Of a stretch of 64,000 nt of DNA, positions 50,097 through 60,565 are shown one piece after another. Made by a program: the position numbers and the translations under genes. Each line of letters opens with the position of its first letter. Within the stretch, counting starts at the first letter, position 1. Under the pieces are notes generated by a model. That model was not told the DNA's origin. It ran no database searches and was given only the letters and a program-made list of their open reading frames with translations. Location of the stretch: NCBI GenBank assembly GCA_963663475.2, contig CAXXJV010000001.1, positions 1,792,001-1,856,000 on the forward strand, read 5' to 3'. Origin of the DNA: Candidatus Cloacimonadales bacterium (lineage in GTDB: Bacteria; Cloacimonadota; Cloacimonadia; Cloacimonadales; JAFGVF01).

Positions 50097-51197
50097 TTAT
50101 GAAAGTAAAGCTATGATTATACCACCAGCTATGACTGAACCGATCTGGCCACCAACATTAGCAGAGACAGCAGGCATGAGTAAGAAGTTGTAAGGATCTT
50201 CTTTTAAACCCATTTTATGAATAACTCGGGCAGACATTGGGAAGGCTGAAATACCACAGGCACCTATCATAGGATTAACTTTATTCTTTGAAAATAGATT
50301 CATTATTTTAGCAAATATTACACCGCCAGCAGTATCAAAAACAAAGGCTAGTAAACCTAAACCAAGAATCATGATAGTTTCCCATTGTAAGAATTTATCA
50401 CCAGTCATTGTTGAAGCTATAGCAATACCAAGAACTATAGTAACTAAGTGAGCTAAGGTGGTTTGGGCTGTTTCTGAGATAGATTTCAAGACACCACATT
50501 CTCTAATTAGATTACCAAACATTAAGAAGCCTATTAATGATACTGATTCTGGAGCAACTAAGCCAGCAGCAAAAGTAACCAGGATAGGAAAGAGAATTTT
50601 TACTACTCGAGGAATATCACTTGCTTGGTATTCCATTCTGATTAATCTTTCTTTTTTACTGGTAAGCAATCTAACAACTGGTGGCTGAATTAGAGGTACA
50701 AGAGCCATGTAAGAGTAAGCTGCTACAGATATAGGTCCAAGTAAATCTTTAGCAAAACGGTTAGCAACAAAAATAGAAGTTGGACCATCAGCAGCTCCAA
50801 TAATTCCAATTGCAGCTGCATCTTTGATAGTAAAGCCAACAGCTGCAGCTAAGATGATAGTTACGAAAATACCAAATTGAGCTGCTCCACCGAAGAGTAA
50901 CATTTTGGGGTTTTGTAAGAGGGGGGTGAAATCAATCATAGCGCCAATAGCTATAAAGAGGATAAGGGGGAAGAGCTCGTTAGCTATACCCATCTTAAAG
51001 AGGATTGAAAGAGCACCATGTTCTCCAATTGCACCTGAAAAAGGAATATTTGTGAGGATTGTTCCAAAACCTAAAGGGAGAAGGAGAGTTGGTTCATAAT
51101 CTTTAGCAATCGCTAGATAAACTAGTAGGCCGCCAATTAGATACATCACCCATAATCTCCAATCATCTAAAGCTAAAACACCACGTAAGAATTCCAT
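50097..51197 (-). CDS. Na+-translocating decarboxylase beta subunit (OadB/GcdB/MmdB family)
   Basis: EPTLLLPLGFG, IGIIGAADGPTSI, AAYSYMALVP, GISAFPMSAR. Confidence 0.92.
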   Translation of the reverse strand: MEFLRGVLALDDWRLWVMYLIGGLLVYLAIAKDYEPTLLLPLGFGTILTNIPFSGAIGEHGALSILFKMGIANELFPLILFIAIGAMIDFTPLLQNPKMLLFGGAAQFGIFVTIILAAAVGFTIKDAAAIGIIGAADGPTSIFVANRFAKDLLGPISVAAYSYMALVPLIQPPVVRLLTSKKERLIRMEYQASDIPRVVKILFPILVTFAAGLVAPESVSLIGFLMFGNLIRECGVLKSISETAQTTLAHLVTIVLGIAIASTMTGDKFLQWETIMILGLGLLAFVFDTAGGVIFAKIMNLFSKNKVNPMIGACGISAFPMSARVIHKMGLKEDPYNFLLMPAVSANVGGQIGSVIAGGIIIALLS

Positions 51198-51214
51198 TAT
51201 TTCTCCATTTATTA

Positions 51215-52228
51215 TTATTTTTTTAAATATCTTAAGACAGTTTTTGGGAACTTATCAGTTGCCAAGATAAATGAATTATTATCATACTTAACAATGCCTT
51301 CCCAGTTATATGACACATCTCTAGCTTCTTTTTTTATGTAGATAGGGTCTCTACTGGTATCATATTTAATTTCATTATCATTGATTATTAGAGGAATAAT
51401 TCTCTCAACTCCGTATTCAATGTTGTTGGTTTGGGGGAAAGAATTAGGGATATTATCTTCATCAGGATTATAATGACTAGCATCACCAGGCCAGAAATAA
51501 TTAATAGCCCAGGCTCTACCTGTTTCATCAAAAGCAGTAATATCAGTAATTCTATATTCAATAGCTGCAAATTTAACATCCTCTACCTTAGTTAGGTCAG
51601 AAGATATCTTTTTTACAATAGCATTGTTATTTACATTAATGCCATTTGCTTCATAAATTAGGTAAATATCATTGTTGTAGGAGGAAATTGATTCATAGGA
51701 AGCATTAAAAACATTTGCAGGTAAATCAAGTATAATATGTTGGTCATTTAGAATTTCAAGTTTCTTATTATCTTGAGAAAGTTGGGCTTTTACTACAAGT
51801 CCTTTTTGAGTAGAAGAATTGAATTCTACTGATAAATAGAAGTAATTTCCATCATAGCAGATACCTTCGAAACCTTCATAACCAGGAAGTAATTTATATG
51901 TTTCATTATTTACTACTTGAATTTTACTTGCTTCTAAAATTGCTTTACCTTTTCTCTTTATTGCTTTAGATAACTGGTCTTTAGTTAGCATAAAAATAAC
52001 ATCTTCATCTATTTTAGAGCGGAAGTAGGAAGGGTATTGGGGTAGTAAGATAAGCTTATCTTGATACCAACAGAGGGATGAATACTCTGCATTCCTATCT
52101 GAAGCAAGTTCTGTTAGGTTAAAATCAAAATATAACTTTGAATAATCTTGATTGTCTCCTCCAGTGAAGAGGGAACAAGAAGTCAAGATTACTGAGAAAA
52201 GAGATATAATCAGTAATTTCTTCCACAT
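51215..52228 (-). CDS. Hypothetical lipoprotein, possibly beta-propeller
   Basis: Lipobox LTSC; repeated GFEGI/SYESI/NWEGI motifs. Confidence 0.6.
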   Translation of the reverse strand: MWKKLLIISLFSVILTSCSLFTGGDNQDYSKLYFDFNLTELASDRNAEYSSLCWYQDKLILLPQYPSYFRSKIDEDVIFMLTKDQLSKAIKRKGKAILEASKIQVVNNETYKLLPGYEGFEGICYDGNYFYLSVEFNSSTQKGLVVKAQLSQDNKKLEILNDQHIILDLPANVFNASYESISSYNNDIYLIYEANGINVNNNAIVKKISSDLTKVEDVKFAAIEYRITDITAFDETGRAWAINYFWPGDASHYNPDEDNIPNSFPQTNNIEYGVERIIPLIINDNEIKYDTSRDPIYIKKEARDVSYNWEGIVKYDNNSFILATDKFPKTVLRYLKK

Positions 52229-52387
52229 ATAATAATCCTTTTTTTCTTAATCTTCGATTTTCCAATCAAAGAAATATAATCCTGCTCTCAAGTAAAGCAA
52301 AAAGTTAATTAATAGCTTAGATCAGAATAATACTATTCTGCTTGGTTATTTTTTAGCATGAATTATCTGAGTTATTTTCTTAAGTAT

Positions 52388-52987
52388 TTAACTTTTTGGT
52401 GTTCTCTTTTTACGTGGACTAGCCTTTTTAGTTTCTGTTTCACCTGTTTCTTCTTTATTCTCTTTTTTAGGTGTTCTTTTAGTCTTTTTTACGCTTTTAT
52501 TCTCTTCAAGATTTTGGCTAGGTAGATCTTGTGTTTGTTCAACATCAATAGTTAAACTTTGCTCAGGATCAACATAGCTTACAGGTTCAATAATCTTTTT
52601 TTGTTTCATTTCGATTTTGATAACTGGCTCAACTCTATGGGTAACAATATAGAGTTCTTTACCTCTTGTTAAGGCAATTTTCTTCTCAATATCCAAAGCT
52701 TCTAAGGTTTTAGAATCAATTACTTCTTCAATCTTTCCTGTTTTTTTGTCAACAATCTGTATAAATGTTTGCTTTGCAGGCATAAATCCTACCTCCAATT
52801 GGTATTTTTCTGGGAATTTTTCTATTGTTTCGTAAACAAATTTGTTATACTTTCTTTTATTTCTTTTATAAAACTCAATAAAGGAATCACACTTTTCCAT
52901 AGACCCACAGACAGAGCACAGAGATGGTGTTAAGAATCGGAATTTATTCTTAGGACATGTTGCATATTTTCTACGTCTGCGTGCCAT
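52388..52987 (-). CDS. Hypothetical protein with Cys-rich basic N-terminus and Lys/Glu-rich tail
   Basis: 199-aa ORF; C-x12-CxxC-x5-C; internal strong RBS before Met69. Confidence 0.65.
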   Translation of the reverse strand: MARRRRKYATCPKNKFRFLTPSLCSVCGSMEKCDSFIEFYKRNKRKYNKFVYETIEKFPEKYQLEVGFMPAKQTFIQIVDKKTGKIEEVIDSKTLEALDIEKKIALTRGKELYIVTHRVEPVIKIEMKQKKIIEPVSYVDPEQSLTIDVEQTQDLPSQNLEENKSVKKTKRTPKKENKEETGETETKKASPRKKRTPKS

Positions 52988-53082
52988 TTACTTCTTAGCT
53001 TACTCCTTTTATGAGTCTTTTTACTTTTTTATTAAATCATTGATAATTAGTCAATAAATATCTTTATATAAGAAAAACTTCT

Positions 53083-54891
53083 CTAAGTATTATCATTAAG
53101 AGACTTAAGGATATTTTGGGCAGAGTTTTCTCCAATACCCTTAATTCGCATTAGGTCTTCAATGGATGAATTTTTAATCACATCTACAGAACCGAATTCT
53201 TTTAGCAAGGCAAATTTAAGTTTTTCTGAGATACCTTTAATAGAATCAAGTTTACTAACTAAGGTTCTTGATGATCTTCTTTTTCTATGGAAGGTGATAG
53301 CAAACCTATGGGATTCATCTCGAATATGAGTAAGCAACTTAAGGGCTGAAGATGTTTTAGGAAGGATAATAGAGTTTTCATGTCCAGGAATATAGACTTC
53401 TTCAACTCGCTTAGCTAGGGATATAAGCATGATATTTAGGTCATTGAAATCTTGGAGAATAGCATTAGCTGCATTGAGCTGTCCTTTACCACCATCAATC
53501 ACAATAAGGTCAGGAGTAAGTTCTTTATTTTCTCTGCAATTATTAAGGAATCTAGTAATAGTCTCAGCCATGGAAGCAAAGTCATCTTGCCCTTCAACAG
53601 TCTTGATAATGAAGTGTCTATAGTTTCTTTTCAGAGGTTTTCCATTGGCAAAATAAACTGCAGAGGAAACAGTATCTTCTCCTTGAATAGTTGAAATGTC
53701 CATGCAGACCATCTTTCTGGGAAGTCTATCAAGTTTTAGAATATCTTTTAATTCTTGCACAGAGAAGATAGTCCTATTTTTATTTCTAATTCCTTGCAGT
53801 TTCTTGTCTTCCACATACATAAAAGCATTTTTTCTAGCAAGAACTACCAAGTTATTTTTTTCCCCTTTTTGAGGAACTTTTATTTTATTTTTTAGCCATT
53901 CATTTAAGCTATCAATATCTTCAGGTTCAGTAGAAACAATAATATCATCTGGTAGATCTTCTTTTTGGGAATAGTAATCAGTAATAAAATAAGAGAGCAA
54001 GGCACCTTCGCTTTCATCTTCTACATTTTTTAGGGGGTAGAGTTCTTTATTATTAACCCTACCTTCAACCATTTTTAGAACAACAACTGCAGCTATAGAT
54101 TCTTCTCTATAGGCAGCAATAATATCACGATTTTTTAAATCAGAGAAAAACATATTTTGCTTTTCAGAAAACTTTTCTAGAGCTTTAATCTTATCTCGTA
54201 TTTCTCCAGCTAGTTCAAACTTAAGTTCTTCAGCAGCTGTTTGCATTTCTTCTTTAAGAGTATTCATGAGAGAATAGTGTTTACCTTGCAAGAAATCTTT
54301 TACATTTTTTACTAGTTTCATATAATCAGAGTGAGATATCTTACCAATACAGGGTGCTAGGCATTTCTTCAGTTGATAGTTGATACAAGCTTTGTCATAG
54401 AGAATCTCATCTTTAGGGATTTTTCTGTTACAGTTACGGAGGGGAAAAATCCATTCTAGGAGGGAAAGAATTCTTCTAATATCAGGAAAGCGGGAATAGG
54501 GTCCGTAGTAAGTAGAACCATCTTTAACAAGAGTTCTAGTTTTCTCTATCTTTGGGAAAGGATCATTTGTTATCTTGATGAAAGGGTAGCGTTTATCATC
54601 CTTTAGCATTACATTATAACGAGGAGAGAACTTCCTAATCATAGTTGCTTCGAGAATTAGAGCATTACTTTCACTAGAAACTACAATATAATCTAAATCA
54701 TAAATATGTCTTTGAAGTTGTTTAGTCTTTCTATCTTTATGATCTTGTAGATAAGACCTAACTCTATTCTTAAGATTCTTGGCTTTACCAACGTAGATAA
54801 CCTCATTGTCTTTATCTTTCCAGAGATATACTCCTGGATTATCAGGTAGTAATTCTAGTTTTCTTTCAAGGTGAGAATTAATTTTAATCAT
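53083..54891 (-). CDS. uvrC: Excinuclease ABC subunit C
   Basis: PGVY, YVGKAKNL, PRYNVMLKDDK, DGGKGQ, RDESHRFA, HhH; start at MIKINSH (54891). Confidence 0.97.
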   Translation of the reverse strand: MIKINSHLERKLELLPDNPGVYLWKDKDNEVIYVGKAKNLKNRVRSYLQDHKDRKTKQLQRHIYDLDYIVVSSESNALILEATMIRKFSPRYNVMLKDDKRYPFIKITNDPFPKIEKTRTLVKDGSTYYGPYSRFPDIRRILSLLEWIFPLRNCNRKIPKDEILYDKACINYQLKKCLAPCIGKISHSDYMKLVKNVKDFLQGKHYSLMNTLKEEMQTAAEELKFELAGEIRDKIKALEKFSEKQNMFFSDLKNRDIIAAYREESIAAVVVLKMVEGRVNNKELYPLKNVEDESEGALLSYFITDYYSQKEDLPDDIIVSTEPEDIDSLNEWLKNKIKVPQKGEKNNLVVLARKNAFMYVEDKKLQGIRNKNRTIFSVQELKDILKLDRLPRKMVCMDISTIQGEDTVSSAVYFANGKPLKRNYRHFIIKTVEGQDDFASMAETITRFLNNCRENKELTPDLIVIDGGKGQLNAANAILQDFNDLNIMLISLAKRVEEVYIPGHENSIILPKTSSALKLLTHIRDESHRFAITFHRKRRSSRTLVSKLDSIKGISEKLKFALLKEFGSVDVIKNSSIEDLMRIKGIGENSAQNILKSLNDNT

Positions 54892-57800
54892 CTTGTTTCT
54901 TTTTAAAGATAGAGAGAGAGATAAAGACAGTAGTACCTTCGTGTTCTTTACTTTGAACCCAGATTCTACCCTTATTAAGATCAACTATTCTTTTACAAGT
55001 TGAAAGACCAAGACCTAAACCAGCTGATCTATATTCAATAGTTCCTGATTTATGAGAATATATATCATTAATTTCATAAAACTTCTTAAAAATATTTTCT
55101 AACTCTTTTTCTGGTATGCCGATACCATTATCTTTAACATAAATAACAAGTGCTTCTTGATTATTAATCTTTTCATTTTGGAAGGTTGAACGCCTTACTC
55201 CTATACTAATCTCACCAAAATCATTAGTGAATCTAATTGCATTTAAAATTACCTGATTTAGCATGATTGATAGGGATTCCCAGTCACCGTAAACATTTGG
55301 AATATTATCTTCAATATCTGTTTTGATAGTTAGTTTTCTTTTTTCGGCTAGGTTTTGTGTATCGTGAACACAAAGATTTACTAGCTCAGTAATGTCAATT
55401 TCTCCAAGACGTAACTCACTAGTGATAGAGAATTTATTGAATGTTATGATATCATTTGTAGTATTAATCAGTTTAGATACACTAGATTCTACATTCTTAA
55501 GTAATTCTTCTCTTTTGGTAGGATTCTCTGTCAGATTATTCTTAAGTTTTCTGACATAGGTAGATAATTTAGTTAGAGGTGTGTTAAGTTCATGAGAAAC
55601 AATATTAATGAAATCATCCTTTAAAGAATCAAGTTTTACTAGTTCAATATTCTTTTTAAAGAGGTTATAGTAACTTACGGCATTTTTAATGCTAGTATTA
55701 ACTTGTAGGAGGAAGAGTTTAAGTATCTCTTTATTAACATAAAGTTGGTTTTGAATATCAAGATAGTTATCGAAATAAATAATACCATATATTTTGTTAT
55801 CAATGATTACTGGTGCACAATAATAGGAGAGAAGTAAGAAGTTATCTCTTTTTCTAGATCTTCTAAAAGAATCTTCACTAACATTATTGGAATAGAGAGG
55901 TTTTTTCAGTTGTTGGACTTTGAGAAGGGCATTATTATCTAAGGAAGTATATTGCTTAACAATATTATTCTCATTATCTAATGCAATGGTAAACTTATAA
56001 TTACCTGAGTCTTCAATTTGAATAAAGAAACCTCTGGAAGCATTTAGGAAGTTTATTCCTTCAGCAACCACCTCATATTCAAGTCTGTCTAAACTTGTAG
56101 TACCTATTAACTTATTGGTAACAGTCATTAAACGGGACATGAGAGTCATCTTTTTGTGGTTTTCAATAAAGTCAATAACTCGCAATAGAATAGTGGTAGC
56201 TTGTAAGCTGATAGAGTTGAGAATTAATATTTCATTATTGGTATAAGCAACATCACCATCATCTTGAACAAGAATAAAACCAACCCTATTTTTTGCTATC
56301 TGTAGAGGGATAATTGCCACATGATTATCTTTAATTTTTTTAGTAACTACAGTGTTCTTAGTGAAAGACCGCTTAATCAAACTAGTATATTCTTTAGATT
56401 GAATCAGTTCAAAATCAAAATTCTCAGAACTAAACTCTTCATAGTTCATATTATCTTGATTATAGATAGCAATGGTAAATGAAGTAGGTGAAACAAGAGT
56501 ATCTAGCAATTTTGCAAAGAAGAAGATAATTCTATTCATATCTTTAATTTGCAAGAGTTCAGCTATCTTTTTATTTAAGGTTTGTTTAGTAAGACTCTTT
56601 CTAGGAGCTATTTTCTCAAAGACAAAGCTAGATATTTTTCTGCTATAATAGTGTTTTTTAGCTAGGAATTCTCTATACATTTTGGGGTTAGAAAAATCAA
56701 CTAAGTATTGGATTTTCTTCTTATATTTATAGATGTAAGGAGAGTTCATATCAACAGCTTCAAATTGATTTAAGACTTGTATGATAAGACCTAATGTTTT
56801 TATCTCAATCAGAAGATAACGTTTCTCATCACAAAGGTTAGCAAGATCAATCAAGTCTCTAAGTACTTGTCTTAAATGAATATTTGGGTTAAGTAAGTCT
56901 ATCTTACACTTGTGTAATCTAAGGACCGATTCCCAGTATTGATAATTATATTTTTTACATAGATTAAAGACTTCTTCATAAATTGCTTCTGCTTCTTCAG
57001 TCTTATTAAGGTAAAGTAAACATTCAATTTCTCGTATTCTAAAGATAGTATAAGCATACTTATTCCGTGAAGTTTGAGCATATTCCTTAGCAAATTCAAT
57101 ATTTCTATAAGCTACTTCATAATTATTCTTGGTCATAGCTAAGAGATTCAGAGCATTGTAATAGAATTCTTCTTCTTTAAGTTTACTATAACTAATATGA
57201 GAATTTTTGTTAATCAATTCTTCAATTGCTTCAGAGGCTGAAATCTCGTAGAGGAAATAGAAGTAGGTCTTAACTGAGGGGTTGAGATCATAGAATTTAT
57301 TCTCTTTGAGTTCTGGATTTTTCTCGTAAATGAAGTCAGTATATTCTTTGTATGTAGAAGTTTTACTCATAGCTAGAGCCAAGTTTCGGTTGATACTAGG
57401 ATCACTTTTGATACCTTCGACTTTATCAGAAATTTCTTTAGCTCTTTCAAGATAGACTTTTGCACTAGCAAAATCACCAAATTTTAGTTTAGCTTCTGCA
57501 ATATTTATATAGGTTAAAACTGCTGTTGAAGAATTATAGTTTCTCTCTAATAATTCCTCAGATTTTAAGAAGAGATCAAAGGCTTTATTGGTGAGACCCT
57601 GTTTAAGATAAAGGTCGCCTAAATTATTATATATTAGAACTAATTGTTTTTCAATATTAAATTTTTCGAAAAGAGATATGCTCTTAGTAAAGTAACTCTG
57701 GGCCTCATCTAATCTTTTTATGGAAGAGTAATAAGTAGCTAAGTTATTATAAATGATAGCAATAATAATCATCATATCATTTTCAGGTGTAGCAGGGAAT

Positions 57801-60358
57801 TTCTCTATCAAAGCTTCTTCAATTGTGATAGCATCCATTATTTTACCATTCTTAAAGAAGAGAACAGAACGTCTATCTTGGAAGAGAAGGTAGTATTTAA
57901 GGTCTATAGATGAATAGTCAATTTCCTCAAGTAATTCTTTAACCTCAGGCATTTTGCCTAATCTTTGAAAAATCTTAGTAGCTAAAAGTCTTAGTTCCAG
58001 AGAATGCTTGGCTGTTCTTATAAGGGATTCTGCAAGGGGGAAGAGGTTAACTGCATTCTCAAATTGCTCAAAAAGATAATATAGCTTGATTAAAATGAGA
58101 TATTTTTCAAAGATAGGAGGATAACTATCCATAATTCTAATTAATTGTTCGGCTTTGCTAGCAGAGACGACTATATCTAATTTCTCACTAATTAAAGAGG
58201 CATCTTTGATTAGATTCTTATCAACATGAGGAATAGAGTCAATCACATTTATTTTAAGCACATTTATCAGGTTTTCAAAAGCTGCTTCTTGATTATGTTG
58301 TTGGTCATTAAGCTTATATAGTCTTAAATTGTACTTTCTAATAGCATCATAATCTTTAGCAATCTTAGCATTTTCAATAATACCTTGGCAGATTTCCATA
58401 TCATTTATTTCAATATTATGGAAGTAGGATATTAGCTGTTCAGAATACTTAATCAAATTATCTTTAGAACATTCCCTTATCAGTCTTTTCTGAGCTTCTG
58501 GGAAGGTAAAATGATAGTATTCACCCAATTTAATCAAAATCTCATTATTAAGGGCATCTGTAATGAAGTGATAGAGCTGAAGATCGTTTATTTTGAAAAA
58601 ATACTTGATCAGACTCTTGCTAAGTGGTGTCTGTACAATTGCTAATTGCATCAAATATTTATAGCTATTTTCAGCTAAGTTGCTCATTCTCACATAAATT
58701 GAATCTAAGATTGATTTTGGCAGCGTTGCGTGGTCAATATTATAGGAGAAATCAAAGCCAGATTCACTCCATATCTTTCTTCTTTGAATTAAATCGATTA
58801 AGAATTCTTGCATGAAGTAGGGATTACCACATGTTCTTCTATGTAGTTTTTGAATCATGCTTTCCGGGACATCATTTTTAAGAAGTTTTAGAACGTACTT
58901 CTTAGATTCTTCATATTCCAGGAATGGAATTTTGATAATAACTGTTTCATTGAGTTTTTGAACCTGTCGATAATTATTGAAAGATAAGGCAATAATTATC
59001 TTTGATGTTGAGATAATGTCAGCACAGAAATTGATAAATTCAATACTGTTATCTTCTAAGAGTTCAGCATGTCTGATAATAAAGACTAATGGTCTTTCTT
59101 GAGATAAGTGTTGAAGATAACTTTTAAGAGAAGCAAAATCTTCCATCATATCATCTTTAGAGAAATTGGTAAGCTTAGCAGCATCTTCAGATTCATAGAG
59201 GTATTTCTTGAATTTAGCTGATATCTTATTTAAGTCATCTTCTAGAAGAACTGCAGCATTGTTCTTACTAACAGAGGTATGAAACTCTTTGGTTAAGGCA
59301 TAGAAGGGGTCTTTGTGGTCATGACTACATTCGTAATCAAAAATATAGTATTTTCCAGTGAGAATATGGTATTTAAAAAGGGTTAGAATATCACCTTTGC
59401 CTAAGCCTTTACCACCAACTAAAGAAATTAGCTTTCCATTATTATTCTCTACTGCCTCCAGATAGCGAGTAAGATTTTTACTGATATCTTCATTTACATA
59501 GTAACTATTGAATTTTAGGAAGTTTACAGTGGACCATTGGTAAGAAAAGGAGTATTTTTTTAGTTGATTTTTATTAATAAAATCTATTATCTCTGGAACA
59601 CTTCTAAATCTATTTTCTGGATTCTTCTCTAAAAGCCTAATGATAAGTTTTTCTAAATCTTCAGGTATATCACTGTTTACCTGTCTAGGTAGTTTGGGAA
59701 GTACATAATCTTTATTACCCTGAATAAAGGCCATTATCTGCTTAATCGAGAAGGGGAAAGCACCAGTTGTTAAGCGGTAAAGGGTTACTCCTAAGGCATA
59801 AAAGTCACTTTCTGGTGTAGGTTCATTTCCTAGGTAAACTTCAGGAGCTATGAAAGGTAGTGAACCAGTAATTTTCTGAGGATCTCCATCTAAATCAATC
59901 TTAAAGAAACCATAATCCATGACTTTTATCTGGGGGCCAGACCCAGTAAATCTAAAAAGAACATTATGAGGTTTTATATCTTTATGAATCATCCCATGAG
60001 TATGTAGTGCGTGTAAAGCATAACAGATTTGAGTAACAATATTGTAAAGTTCTGAAATGTTATCTCTATTAACTGGAAACCTGTTTAAAGGGTGGCCATC
60101 ATAGTATTCGCTTAAGGCATAGACATTCTTTCCTATGTTGCCAAAATCAACAATATTAATGAGGTTGGGATGGTTAATTTGGGTTAAATGATGCATGTTA
60201 TTAGCAGGTAGTTTTTTATAAAACTCTTTTGCATCGAGATGATTAAAGTATTTTAAAGCATATATCTTATCAGTTCTTAAATCTTTTACTTTATAAACTG
60301 TTGCCCATAATCCGGAACCTAATTCTTCAATAACTTCATATCTAGAATCTAAAATCAT
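54884..60358 (-). CDS. Hybrid Ser/Thr kinase - degenerate P-loop (STAND-like) - TPR - GAF - histidine kinase
   Basis: HKDIKPHN, DYG, APE, DFYALG; GGKGLGKG; GNPYF; TPR-like YNNLG repeats; SHELNTPL, NAIRFT, DNGIGI, GLGLGL. Confidence 0.9.
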   Translation of the reverse strand: MILDSRYEVIEELGSGLWATVYKVKDLRTDKIYALKYFNHLDAKEFYKKLPANNMHHLTQINHPNLINIVDFGNIGKNVYALSEYYDGHPLNRFPVNRDNISELYNIVTQICYALHALHTHGMIHKDIKPHNVLFRFTGSGPQIKVMDYGFFKIDLDGDPQKITGSLPFIAPEVYLGNEPTPESDFYALGVTLYRLTTGAFPFSIKQIMAFIQGNKDYVLPKLPRQVNSDIPEDLEKLIIRLLEKNPENRFRSVPEIIDFINKNQLKKYSFSYQWSTVNFLKFNSYYVNEDISKNLTRYLEAVENNNGKLISLVGGKGLGKGDILTLFKYHILTGKYYIFDYECSHDHKDPFYALTKEFHTSVSKNNAAVLLEDDLNKISAKFKKYLYESEDAAKLTNFSKDDMMEDFASLKSYLQHLSQERPLVFIIRHAELLEDNSIEFINFCADIISTSKIIIALSFNNYRQVQKLNETVIIKIPFLEYEESKKYVLKLLKNDVPESMIQKLHRRTCGNPYFMQEFLIDLIQRRKIWSESGFDFSYNIDHATLPKSILDSIYVRMSNLAENSYKYLMQLAIVQTPLSKSLIKYFFKINDLQLYHFITDALNNEILIKLGEYYHFTFPEAQKRLIRECSKDNLIKYSEQLISYFHNIEINDMEICQGIIENAKIAKDYDAIRKYNLRLYKLNDQQHNQEAAFENLINVLKINVIDSIPHVDKNLIKDASLISEKLDIVVSASKAEQLIRIMDSYPPIFEKYLILIKLYYLFEQFENAVNLFPLAESLIRTAKHSLELRLLATKIFQRLGKMPEVKELLEEIDYSSIDLKYYLLFQDRRSVLFFKNGKIMDAITIEEALIEKFPATPENDMMIIIAIIYNNLATYYSSIKRLDEAQSYFTKSISLFEKFNIEKQLVLIYNNLGDLYLKQGLTNKAFDLFLKSEELLERNYNSSTAVLTYINIAEAKLKFGDFASAKVYLERAKEISDKVEGIKSDPSINRNLALAMSKTSTYKEYTDFIYEKNPELKENKFYDLNPSVKTYFYFLYEISASEAIEELINKNSHISYSKLKEEEFYYNALNLLAMTKNNYEVAYRNIEFAKEYAQTSRNKYAYTIFRIREIECLLYLNKTEEAEAIYEEVFNLCKKYNYQYWESVLRLHKCKIDLLNPNIHLRQVLRDLIDLANLCDEKRYLLIEIKTLGLIIQVLNQFEAVDMNSPYIYKYKKKIQYLVDFSNPKMYREFLAKKHYYSRKISSFVFEKIAPRKSLTKQTLNKKIAELLQIKDMNRIIFFFAKLLDTLVSPTSFTIAIYNQDNMNYEEFSSENFDFELIQSKEYTSLIKRSFTKNTVVTKKIKDNHVAIIPLQIAKNRVGFILVQDDGDVAYTNNEILILNSISLQATTILLRVIDFIENHKKMTLMSRLMTVTNKLIGTTSLDRLEYEVVAEGINFLNASRGFFIQIEDSGNYKFTIALDNENNIVKQYTSLDNNALLKVQQLKKPLYSNNVSEDSFRRSRKRDNFLLLSYYCAPVIIDNKIYGIIYFDNYLDIQNQLYVNKEILKLFLLQVNTSIKNAVSYYNLFKKNIELVKLDSLKDDFINIVSHELNTPLTKLSTYVRKLKNNLTENPTKREELLKNVESSVSKLINTTNDIITFNKFSITSELRLGEIDITELVNLCVHDTQNLAEKRKLTIKTDIEDNIPNVYGDWESLSIMLNQVILNAIRFTNDFGEISIGVRRSTFQNEKINNQEALVIYVKDNGIGIPEKELENIFKKFYEINDIYSHKSGTIEYRSAGLGLGLSTCKRIVDLNKGRIWVQSKEHEGTTVFISLSIFKKKQDD

Positions 60359-60565
60359 GATTATCCCCTCTCAAGTCATTTTTAGACATTTACACCTTTT
60401 TTACCCCAGTTATAATAGCCATATCTTAGAGCTAGTCTCAAAGGTCTTCTCTATTTGTTGAATCCAAGCATATTAACTAGGTTTTAATATTATATTAAGT
60501 AATTGATTTATGTCAAGAGAAGATTAAAAAATCTGTGTCTTACTGAAAATGAGACTTGTCAAGTA

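Noticed and set aside
54892-54984. N-terminal extension of UvrC
   Set aside because: It overlaps the kinase 3' end in another frame; UvrC-like sequence starts at 54891.
2995-58815. Numerous 60-130-aa ORFs antisense or out of frame within long genes
   Set aside because: Shadow ORFs fully inside well-supported CDSs with no recognisable motifs.
60401-60488. Further TTAA-family copy (also about 52308-52385)
   Set aside because: Too diverged to support by eye; needs a covariance-model search.
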